Source: an uncultured Polaromonas sp. (GTDB lineage: Bacteria; Pseudomonadota; Gammaproteobacteria; Burkholderiales; Burkholderiaceae_C). From it: DNA of 64,000 nt. The position numbers and the translations under genes were made by a program. A model generated the notes under the pieces. That model was given only the letters and a program-made list of their open reading frames with translations, was not told the DNA's origin and ran no database searches. The stretch is from the NCBI GenBank assembly GCA_964543355.1, contig CAZIYA010000003.1, positions 9,283 through 73,282 of the forward strand, in the 5' to 3' direction. How positions within the stretch are numbered: the first letter of the stretch is position 1; the number at the start of each line of letters is the position of its first letter. Below, one piece after another: positions 49,242 through 58,400 of the stretch.

Positions 49242-50522
49242 GTGATGATCAATCTCAAAAAACTCTATGCATTTGCGCTCAACCCCTGGGTGGTGGTGGC
49301 CAGCCTGTCGGCCGGGTTCGCGCTGGGCATGTACATGCCTGCTGTCGGGCTGAAGCTCGGTTTTGTGGGCGATGTGTATGTCGATCTCCTCAAGATGATT
49401 GCCTTGCCCTTCATGGTGTCGGCCGTGATCTTCAGTTTGCAGCGCCTGTTCCGGGAGGGCGGGGCCGGCGGGCTGATGGCTCGCGTGGCGGTGGTGTTCG
49501 TCGTTTTTTCGATTGTTGTAGCGCTGCTGGGGGCGACAACGCTGCTGGTGATGAAGCCGGGCTCCAACCTGTCAAGCGAAACCATGCAAACTTTCGGCAA
49601 GATCGTCGGCAACGATCTCAATTCCAGCGACACGGTCATGAGCCTGGGCGGTGTCGATGCGCCGGTCAAGTCGGTGAGTTTCACCGAGGTGCTGGTCAGC
49701 CTTGTGCCGTCGAATATTTTTGCCGCGCTGGCCAGCGGCGACACGCTCAAGGCGCTTGTTTTTGCGCTGCTTTTCGGTTTTGCGGTGGGCCAGGTTCCGT
49801 CGCGGGTTTCCGACGGGTTGACCCAGTCCCTGGAAACCATTTACCACTCCTGTCAGACCCTGATGCGCTGGTTGAACTACCCGCTGCCCATCATTCTTTT
49901 CTGCATGAGCGCTGCGCAGATGGCCAAAACCGGCATCGGCCCCCTGCAGGCCATGGCCCAGTTTGTCCTGGCGTTTTTTGTTGCTTCCGTGCTGGCCCTG
50001 GTCATTGCAACAATCATTATCTGGAAGCGTTCCAATTCGACGCTGGGCCAGACCCTCAATGCCATGCGAGGCCCCTTTGCGCTTGCGCTGGCGACCCGCA
50101 GCAGCGCGACATGCATGCCCATCATGATCGAAAGTCTGGCGGACCGCCTGGGTTTTGCGCGTTCAAGGGTCGAGCTGATGGTGCCCCTGAGTGTGTCGCT
50201 GCTGCGTATCGGGCCGGTGATCTATTACGTGGCCGCCACCGTGTTCATTGCCCAGCTGTATGGAAAACCGATTGGTCCGACAGAGCTGACCGTCATCCTG
50301 TCGGCATCGATCCTTGCCGGCTTTGCATCAGCGGGCATGACCGGTTTGCTCACGGTCTCGCTGGTCGGCCTGACATGCAGCTACCTCGGCCTTCCGTTTG
50401 AGGCGGCTTTCATCCTGTTTCTGGCGGTGGATCCGATTTGCGACATGCTCAGGACCCTGGTGCTGGTGATTGGCAACAACGCGGCGGTTTCCCTGATCTG
50501 CCCCCGGCCCCTGAAGATATAG
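49242..50522 (+). CDS. Dicarboxylate/amino acid:cation symporter (DAACS/SLC1 fold), atypical
   Basis: GDVYVDLLKMIALP, VPSNIFAAL, TRSSATCMP, DPICDMLRT; NMDG motif replaced. Confidence 0.85.
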   Translation: MMINLKKLYAFALNPWVVVASLSAGFALGMYMPAVGLKLGFVGDVYVDLLKMIALPFMVSAVIFSLQRLFREGGAGGLMARVAVVFVVFSIVVALLGATTLLVMKPGSNLSSETMQTFGKIVGNDLNSSDTVMSLGGVDAPVKSVSFTEVLVSLVPSNIFAALASGDTLKALVFALLFGFAVGQVPSRVSDGLTQSLETIYHSCQTLMRWLNYPLPIILFCMSAAQMAKTGIGPLQAMAQFVLAFFVASVLALVIATIIIWKRSNSTLGQTLNAMRGPFALALATRSSATCMPIMIESLADRLGFARSRVELMVPLSVSLLRIGPVIYYVAATVFIAQLYGKPIGPTELTVILSASILAGFASAGMTGLLTVSLVGLTCSYLGLPFEAAFILFLAVDPICDMLRTLVLVIGNNAAVSLICPRPLKI

Positions 50523-50531
50523 GAGGCCAGG

Positions 50532-51248
50532 ATGTCCCGAATCGGCGTATTTGGAGGAATGGGGCCATCAGCAACGGTCGACTTTCTCGACAAGCTGGTC
50601 AAGCTCACCCCTGCTGCGCGCGACCAGGACCATCTGCCGGTCATCGTGGCGAGCTTGCCGCATACCCATGACCGTTCCAGCGCCATTCTGGGGCATGGGC
50701 GGGATCCCCTGCCGCAGTTGCTGGCCGGCATCGAGATGCTTAATCAGGCTGCCGTTGGCGTCATTGCCATTCCCTGCAATTCGTCGCACCACTGGTTTGA
50801 TGAAATGAGTTCGAGCAGCAAGGTGCCGTTGCTGCATATTGCCAAGGCCTGTGTCGAGGCGATTCCTCCCACGGGTGTCTCGCGGGTGGCCATTTTTGCC
50901 ACGAGGGGCGCTTTGGCCTCAGGCTTCTACCAGCGGGAACTTCGGTCGCGCGGCGTTGACTTCATGCTCCCGGATCCCGAGGCCGGCCAGAAGAATGTGG
51001 ACAGTTGCATACGCGAAATCAAGGCCGGCAACCTGGATGCCGGCGGGCAACATCTGACCGAAGCCTGCCGGGAGGCCGCGCGGCAAGGTGCCACCACCAT
51101 CATCATGGGCTGCACCGAAATTCCCATTGCCTCCAGGTACGCAGATGTATTGGGTCTGGGACTGATCGACAGCTCACTGGAGCTGGCGCGAGCCAGTGTT
51201 GCTTTTGCCCTCGCACGAGGCTGGAACAGGCCGGGATGGGATTCCTGA
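50532..51248 (+). CDS. PLP-independent Asp/Glu-type amino-acid racemase (RacX/YgeA-like)
   Basis: IGVFGGMGPSAT, IPCNSSH and GCTEIP, with both catalytic cysteines present. Confidence 0.9.
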   Translation: MSRIGVFGGMGPSATVDFLDKLVKLTPAARDQDHLPVIVASLPHTHDRSSAILGHGRDPLPQLLAGIEMLNQAAVGVIAIPCNSSHHWFDEMSSSSKVPLLHIAKACVEAIPPTGVSRVAIFATRGALASGFYQRELRSRGVDFMLPDPEAGQKNVDSCIREIKAGNLDAGGQHLTEACREAARQGATTIIMGCTEIPIASRYADVLGLGLIDSSLELARASVAFALARGWNRPGWDS

Positions 51249-52720
51249 AGCGCCTGTCGAACAGTCCGCTGGCGCTCCTGCTTTGCGTAATGGGGGGCGC
51301 ACTGCTGGGCTGGTTTGCGCCTGGCGTCGGTGGCGAGGCCTTCATTCTGGGACAGATCTACCTGGCCCTGGTCAATATGGCTGCGCTTCCGTTGCTGGTT
51401 GTGGCCACTTTTTTCGGCCTGCGCCAGACATTGGCCCTGCCGCAGCCTGGAAAACGCACATTGATGATTGTGGGTCTGGCGATCGGCCTGGTGGTGTTGT
51501 GTGCAGTGCTGGGGGCGATGTTCGGTATGCTTGCCGGTACCGGTCAGGATCTGAGCTCTGCCAACCGTGAATACCTCGGCGCCCTGGTGCAAAACGCCGG
51601 CGGAGATGCCGCAAACGCCGAAATTTCCCTGTATGGTGCTGGAGCTTCCGACGTGACAGCAGCGCCCGATTTGTGGATGGCTGCGGTGCCGGACAATTTT
51701 TTCCGGGTGCTCGCCGAAGGCCAATCACTGTCTATCCTGCTGTGTGCCATCCTGTTCGGGCTGGCTTTTGCGGCACTGCTCAGGCCGCAAACCAATGCCC
51801 TGATGGGTATTTTCGAAGCGATTTACCGCACCCTTGAGTTGATCATTTCCCGCGTCAACGTCTTTATTCCCGTGCTGGCTTTTGGCATGGCCGCTTATTT
51901 TGTCGCCAGGACCGATGCCCGAACGCTTCATGCGATGGGCAGTTTTCTGGGTTCCTTCTACCTGTTCGCTTTTTTCCTCTCCGGAGCGGCCTTCCTGCTG
52001 ATCTGGAAGAAGTCAGGGCTTTCTCCGGCCAGTGTGATGTCGGCGCTGAAGGCGCCTGTCCTCATCAGCCTGACTTCAGCCAGCACCACGGCAAGCATTC
52101 CCGACACGATAGAGGCCATGAGTTCCCGATTGGGGTTCAGCCGGGGCATTGTCGAGCTGGTGATTCCGGTTGCGTCGGTGTTCATGCGTTCCGGTGCGGC
52201 ACTCTATTTCTCGCTGCTGGCAGTGTTCGTGGCCAATATCTATGGGCGCCCCATCACATCGCAGGAGTTCCTGCTGATCTGCGTCGGTGCTTCGCTGGCG
52301 GCGTTTGCATCGGCTGGCAACAATAGCCTGGCGGCAGTGGGGTTCGCCGGGGTGGTGCTGTCCCTGTTGAATCTGCCCATAGAAGCGGCGCTGGCACTTT
52401 TTCTGGCGATCGATCTTGTCTGTGAAGGCCCGCGCAATCTGCTCACGCTGCTTTTTGCCTGTGTGCTGATCGCGCTGGTTTCCCGCGGACTGCCTTCGGA
52501 GCGTATTGAAACCGCCGCGTCGGCGAACCTGCGGACGCTGGAGCCTGTCCGCTTTGTTTTTTCCCGGGCAAGTGTTGCAATGGCGCTGGCTTGTGTCCTG
52601 CTGGCGGCGTTATTGATTACGATTGCGGGTATCGGCGTCGGGATGCGAAAGACCGGCGTGGGCCTGCCCCAGCCGTATGCAACGGGGCCCATGGCCGTCG
52701 CCGGGAACAGCCCTGTTTAA
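51236..52720 (+). CDS. Second atypical DAACS-fold transporter with extra C-terminal TM segment
   Basis: GQIYLALVNMAALP, VPDNFF, SASTTASIP, DLVCEGPRN; overlaps the racemase stop. Confidence 0.8.
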   Translation: MGFLKRLSNSPLALLLCVMGGALLGWFAPGVGGEAFILGQIYLALVNMAALPLLVVATFFGLRQTLALPQPGKRTLMIVGLAIGLVVLCAVLGAMFGMLAGTGQDLSSANREYLGALVQNAGGDAANAEISLYGAGASDVTAAPDLWMAAVPDNFFRVLAEGQSLSILLCAILFGLAFAALLRPQTNALMGIFEAIYRTLELIISRVNVFIPVLAFGMAAYFVARTDARTLHAMGSFLGSFYLFAFFLSGAAFLLIWKKSGLSPASVMSALKAPVLISLTSASTTASIPDTIEAMSSRLGFSRGIVELVIPVASVFMRSGAALYFSLLAVFVANIYGRPITSQEFLLICVGASLAAFASAGNNSLAAVGFAGVVLSLLNLPIEAALALFLAIDLVCEGPRNLLTLLFACVLIALVSRGLPSERIETAASANLRTLEPVRFVFSRASVAMALACVLLAALLITIAGIGVGMRKTGVGLPQPYATGPMAVAGNSPV

Positions 52721-52727
52721 GAAAATA

Positions 52728-53216
52728 ATGAAATTTCTAAAAATTTGCCTGATCAGTCTTGTTTTGGGGAGCTTGTCGGCCTGCGGCACCATCAGCAGTG
52801 TTGCCGGGTTCTTCACGGCGAAAGGAAGCCGCCTGGACTGGAACGGCATGACTGTCATCGCGGGCGAGGGTGCCAACCTGAACACCCCGGTTGCGCTGGA
52901 TGTGGTGCTGCTTCGGGACGACGCAACGCTGGGCATGGTGTCGACATTGCCGGCGTCCAAATGGTTCTCATCCCGCGCCGATCTGGCCAAGACCTTTCCC
53001 GAGGGGTTGAGCTACCGCAGCATGGAGATCGCGCCCGGGCAGACCCTTAAACTTCCCGCCGACGCCTTCGGGGCGTCTCGCGTCGTTGGCGTCCTGCTTT
53101 TTGCGGACTACCTGACGCCCGGGGAGCACCGCGTACGGGTCGACCAGATGCAGGGGGAAATACTGGTGCAGCTGGGTGCGCGTTCATTCTCCGTGTCAGC
53201 CCTGAAGACCGAATAA
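52728..53216 (+). CDS. tssJ: T6SS outer-membrane lipoprotein (TssJ-like)
   Basis: Lipobox LSAC, ANLNTPVALDVV, FADY; directly before tssKLM. Confidence 0.75.
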   Translation: MKFLKICLISLVLGSLSACGTISSVAGFFTAKGSRLDWNGMTVIAGEGANLNTPVALDVVLLRDDATLGMVSTLPASKWFSSRADLAKTFPEGLSYRSMEIAPGQTLKLPADAFGASRVVGVLLFADYLTPGEHRVRVDQMQGEILVQLGARSFSVSALKTE

Positions 53217-53294
53217 GCCGAGGAGGCCCTATGAAGAAAAAAGCCAAGACGCTCCGTATCCCGGAAGGGCTCGCGACACATGGAGGGGCTCTCC

Positions 53295-54623
53295 ATGGTT
53301 AAGTCCTTCCCGGTTGAAGAGCGTATCCAGTGGCATGAAGGCATGCTGTTGTCGCCTCAGCATTTCCAGCAGGCATCGGCCCGGCTCGACTCCCTGGTGG
53401 CCTGGCACACGCTGCTGGCCGCCCCTTTTTCATGGGGTGTGCGCAGCCTGAAAATCGACATGGGGCTGTTGCCGGCCGGCATTGTCAGGGTCCAGCAGCT
53501 GGAAGCCATCATGCCGGACGGCACCTCGGTCAGCTTTTCGGCAGACAACGTCCAGCATGGCACGCTCGAGCTCAAACTGGCCCCGTTTGCCGAAGCGCTG
53601 GGTAACGCCCCCCTGGACTTCTACCTGGTCCTGCCGCTGACCAAAAGCATGCGCGACAAGGGCTCGCCCTCGCGATTCCGTTCGGTTGCCATGGGCCAGG
53701 TGGAAGACGAGGTGTCGGAGGCTTTGCCTGCGGACCTCCCGCGGCTGCTGCCCAACCTCTCGCTGGTCGCGGGGGATGTGCCCTCGGGGCTTTATACCTG
53801 GCTGCGCCTGGGCACAGTGTTCAAGGACAACGAACTCATCAAGATGGGCGAGACCCTGCCCGCGCTGATCGAGATGCCGAAAGACGGCGCCTTGTGGGAG
53901 CGGGTGTCTGCCTTCGTCGGCCAATTGCGCGGCAAGGCGGCTTTTGTGGCGAAGCAGACAGCTGTGCCGTCCTCCAAAACCGAGGACAGGCTGGCCTATC
54001 TGGAGCAAAGGGAGCGGCTGCGCAACCTGATGACCGGCCTGCCGCAAATCGAAGCCGTCCTGCGCACACCGAATTTGCACCCCTATCCCCTGTACCTGGC
54101 GCTGTGCGCCCTGCTCGGGCCCCTGAGCATGCTCAAACCCGGCGCCTTGCCGCCCGTACCGCCCGCATACGATCACGCCGATCCGCTGGCGGTGCTCAAC
54201 CCGGTGCTCGAGGCCTTGCAGGACTCCCTGATGGAAATCAGCCAGGAGTACCGGGAGCACAAGTTCGAATACCGCCACGGGGCGTTTGAAATCAAGCTGT
54301 TGCCTGAGTGGGTCGACAAGCAGCTGGTGGTGGGCTTGCGCGGCCAGCCCGAAAAAGACCTGATCGCCTGGATGAACGGCGCCATTGTCGGGTCCCAGTC
54401 GGCTTATGCGTCGCTCAGGGAGAGACGCGTGCTCGGTGCCATGCGGTCGCACATTGAAGTAGCCCAGGAGCTCGGTGTGCGGGCCAGCTCGGGGTACACC
54501 CTGTTTTCCATTCAGGCCAGCGCCGCCCTGACGCTGGCCAATGAGCCCCTGATCATCAGCAATTCCACGGAAAGCGCGTCTGCGCAGCGCCCGCAGGAAA
54601 TGGTTCTCTTCGTCAAGGGCTGA
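53295..54623 (+). CDS. tssK: T6SS baseplate connector
   Basis: IQWHEGMLLSPQHFQQ, WGV, IMPDG, HPYPLY, YDHAD. Confidence 0.93.
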   Translation: MVKSFPVEERIQWHEGMLLSPQHFQQASARLDSLVAWHTLLAAPFSWGVRSLKIDMGLLPAGIVRVQQLEAIMPDGTSVSFSADNVQHGTLELKLAPFAEALGNAPLDFYLVLPLTKSMRDKGSPSRFRSVAMGQVEDEVSEALPADLPRLLPNLSLVAGDVPSGLYTWLRLGTVFKDNELIKMGETLPALIEMPKDGALWERVSAFVGQLRGKAAFVAKQTAVPSSKTEDRLAYLEQRERLRNLMTGLPQIEAVLRTPNLHPYPLYLALCALLGPLSMLKPGALPPVPPAYDHADPLAVLNPVLEALQDSLMEISQEYREHKFEYRHGAFEIKLLPEWVDKQLVVGLRGQPEKDLIAWMNGAIVGSQSAYASLRERRVLGAMRSHIEVAQELGVRASSGYTLFSIQASAALTLANEPLIISNSTESASAQRPQEMVLFVKG

Positions 54624-54647
54624 CGCTCCAACAGAAAGCAGCGAACA

Positions 54648-55406
54648 ATGGCACGCCAAACCCGAGACAAACAGGACGACAACCACCTGATCGCGCAGTT
54701 TCGCTCTTTTTTCGACGAAGTTTCGAAGGCCCAGACCCGCGCGATCGAGATGCGCGAAACCGACCCGGACCTGGCCGCCCAGCATGTCAGCAAACACCTG
54801 GAAAACCTCATCGAGCTGCAAACACTAGAGTCCAAGCGTGAGGGCAACCGGTTTGAGCTCGAGAGCATTGCCGATGCGCGTTACCTCAAGGCCGCGCTGG
54901 CCGATGAAATCCTGCTCAACACGGCCTGGATAGGCCGTGACTGCTGGACCACCCATTTGCTGGAGGCTTCCCTCTTCAGAACCAGTATTGCCGGCGAGCG
55001 GATTTTCGAACGCATAGAAGAACTGCTGTCCAGCCGCGAGCCGTCCTTGCGCCCGATCGCCAGCCTTTACCTCTCGGCGCTGGCGCTGGGCTTCCAGGGC
55101 AAATACCGCGGAGCAGCCGACACGGATCGCTTTGCAGGCTACCGGGAGGAGCTGTTCCAGTTTGTCTACCAGCGCAGGCCCGATCTCTCCGGCCGGGACC
55201 GCGTCCTGTCAGACCGCGCTTATGCCAGTACGTTGTCGCATATTGCGCCGAAGAAGATGCAGACATTGAGCCGCTGGACGGTGGTTTTCCTCCTCGGGGT
55301 TGTCGGATTGCTGGCCATCTCTGAAATGCTCTGGCTGTGGCAGTCCTGGCCGGTGCGGCAGGTCCTGCAGACCGGCAGCACGACAGGAACGGGGGGCAGC
55401 CAATGA
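54648..55406 (+). CDS. tssL: T6SS DotU/TssL inner-membrane protein without OmpA domain
   Basis: ARY..AALADE.LL, AGERIF, LGFQGKYR, single C-terminal TM. Confidence 0.92.
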   Translation: MARQTRDKQDDNHLIAQFRSFFDEVSKAQTRAIEMRETDPDLAAQHVSKHLENLIELQTLESKREGNRFELESIADARYLKAALADEILLNTAWIGRDCWTTHLLEASLFRTSIAGERIFERIEELLSSREPSLRPIASLYLSALALGFQGKYRGAADTDRFAGYREELFQFVYQRRPDLSGRDRVLSDRAYASTLSHIAPKKMQTLSRWTVVFLLGVVGLLAISEMLWLWQSWPVRQVLQTGSTTGTGGSQ

Positions 55407-55440
55407 AATCGCTTTCTCCAATGCGTCCGGGAGGCCGGCG

Positions 55441-58400
55441 ATGCTGAAAGACAACCTGTTTTTGGCGTCCCTGGGCGTCCTGATTGTCCTGGTGCTGGTT
55501 GTTCTGGGCCTGGTGCTGTATTTTGCCCTGCGCCGCTCGGCTGCCAAGCCCGGCAGTGATCCCAAGATCGTCAAGCTCCGGTTTGACTCGCTTCGCAACT
55601 CCTTCAGGCAGGCGGTTGAACTGATCGAGGGCAATATTGCTTCCCGGAGCGAGCGCTACAGCATTCCCTGGGTGCTGGTACTCAATGAAGGCCTGGATAA
55701 CCGGCAACTGCCCATTGAACAGTCGGGCGTGGCCAGTGCGCTCAGCTCCGAGGCCGCTTCCGCGGCCACAACCCAGGGCATCGCCTGGCACTTCTTTGAC
55801 AAGGGCATTGTCATTGACATGCAGGGCGCCTATCTGGGTTCGCCCGACGATGAAGATGCCACGGAAAAACCGTGGGACGAGTTCCTCGGCCTGTGCCGCA
55901 AATACCGGCCCCAGCGGCCCTTTGACTCCGTGGTCATCACTGTGCCGGCTGCCTTGCTGCTGGACAACAACCCGGATGCCCTGCTGGAACTCGGCAAGCT
56001 GGCCCGCCTCGCGCACCGCCGGCTCTGGCTGGCGCAAAACCGCTTTGCCATGCGGTTTGCCGTTTACGTCGTAGTCTCCGGGTGCGACCAGATCGAAGGT
56101 TTCTCCCCTTTCGCCAGGGCGCTGCCCGAGCCCATGCGCGCCGGCATTCTCGGCTGGTCATCGCCTTACGATTTGTCCACCACCTATCAGGACGGCTGGG
56201 TTGGCGAGGCACTCGACAGTGTCGTGAAAACGGTCTCCGACACCTCGGCCGAACTCTTTGCGCTCGATTCGGTCAGTGCAGAAACAGGCAAATTCTTTCT
56301 GCTTCCGTCCCGGATCGATGCGGTTCGGGCGCAACTGCAGGTTTATGTGGACGAACTCATGCGGCCCAGTGCCTACCATGAGCCGTTTTTCTTTCGCGGC
56401 ATTTACCTGACCGGCGACAGCAGCGAATCGGCGCAGAAGGCCGGCGCCCTTGATGTCGCGGCGGCGCTGAACGGTGAAACGAAGGAAGAGCAGGCCGACC
56501 TGGTGTCGCAGCTGATGCGCGAACCGGCTTTCCTGCGGGATCTTTTCGAGAAAAAGATCTTCATGGAGTACGGCGTGGCCAGGCCGTCCCGCCAGCAGTT
56601 GACGCGGCCGGTGCTGAGCCGCGCCGCACGCTGGGCTGCGCTGGTAGTGTTGGGGGGCTGGAGTGTGGGCCTGCTGGTGGCCACGGTGCAACTGAGCAAA
56701 CGCAACCCCGAACTGGCCAGGGCCCTGTCGCAGATCGAGACCGACGCCAACTACCGCGCCCGCGCCAGCGAGCGCGGTGAACCTATCGCCTCGGACTGGT
56801 ACCGGACGAAAACCCTTTCCCTGCTGGCTGCCATCGAGAAGCTCGGAACCGACAAGGCCTGGACGTTTTTCATGCCCGGCTCGTGGGAGGTTTTTGACAA
56901 CCTGGATGAGCGCGTGGCCGCGCGCATAGAGCGCGAGTTCGGCGAGATTGCCATCAACACCCTGCGGCGCGAACTGTATGCGCGGGCAGCTGACATGACC
57001 GGGGTATCCCAGGATGCCAGCACCTCGGAACTCATCATCGGCGGCGAGTGCGCCGCGCCCGCGGGATTTGCCGCGATTGCAGGCACGCCGCACAAGTTCA
57101 GCCTGGCGGTCGAGGACTTGCCGGAGTTCTCGGCCATGTTGCAATACCTGACAGCCGTCGAGCGGCTTGACCAGGCGATTGTGGCCATGGTTCGCCTGCA
57201 AAAACCCAACCAGAACGAGGCCAACGACCTCAGGTTGCTGGTCAAGTACACCCTGGGCGCCGAACTGCCGGGCAACATGTCGCAGAGCATCCGCTTCTTC
57301 AGGGGCAGCGATATTCCCGGGAGCATCTCACCGGCGGCCATCAGCGTGATGCACATCCAGCAGGCAGTACGCTGTTCGCTGGACAGGGGAATGAACGCCC
57401 TGGACAGGCGCCTGTTCGTGAACAACGACCTGCTGGTCTCCGAGCGGCAGCTCGCGGCGCAGGGTGCGCGGCTGTTTGCCACCGATGCGCGTATTGGCGG
57501 CTACACCCAGACCGTGGGTGGCTACAAGGAGATCCTGAGGGCGATCAAGGAGCAGGAGAGTTTGCTGGCCACCGGCAAAGGCGGCTGGATGAGGCTGTCC
57601 GGCCTGAACCTGGGTTCGGCCTATGACGCTGCACTGATGCGTATCACCCAGTCCAGGCGCCTGCTCGGGCCGGAAGCTTCGGACCAGGTGCGCCAGCATG
57701 CTGTCACCGAATTCCAGAAATTCAGGACCGAGTTTGAAGCACTCCTCGGGGTCGAAGGGCAGGCCGGTGTTGTCTGGCAGGAAAAGGACGCGCGTTTTGC
57801 GCTGTCCACCGACAGGCTCGCCCTGCGCGATGCGCTCACAGGGCTGCTGGCGCAGCCTTTCATGACGCCGCCCAGCGACCGCGAGATTCCCGAGATCGTG
57901 GCGCAGAGCATTCTGGTATGGGACAGCACCAGGCTGGACCAGGCCCTGGCGCTCAGTGAAGCGCACAAGCGCTTCTTGGGCGAAGGCCTGGTCAAGTTCC
58001 CGCCTGCAACCCGCCCCAGCGTTGCGGCCTTTGTCAACTTCCAGTTTGCACGCCTGGTCGGTGACCACGCGGTTGAAGCCCTGTCGATCAGCGGCAGGAC
58101 CGATCCCGGTGCGGTGGCCGATGCCATGGCGTTCGACGCTTCGCGAAGCCGCCTGGTCAAGGTCCAGGGACTGCTCACGGAACTTGGCGCCAAAGGCAAG
58201 GCGGACAACTTGCGTAGCCTGATTTCGCAGGATGCAGTTGCGCGCCTGCGGCAGGTCGACGACAGTTTGACCCAGTCCGACCTGTATGCCATCCGGGGGC
58301 GGGACTTCAGCTATTGGCTGGGTGATCGCGGTCCGCTGTTGCAGGCCTTCGGTGTGCCGGATGGCCCCAGCCTGCTGCAGACCCTGGCACTGCAGTTCAG

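Noticed and set aside
55300-55440. Longer TssM start from the ORF track
   Set aside because: Overlaps tssL; ATG 55441 has a clear GGAGG RBS
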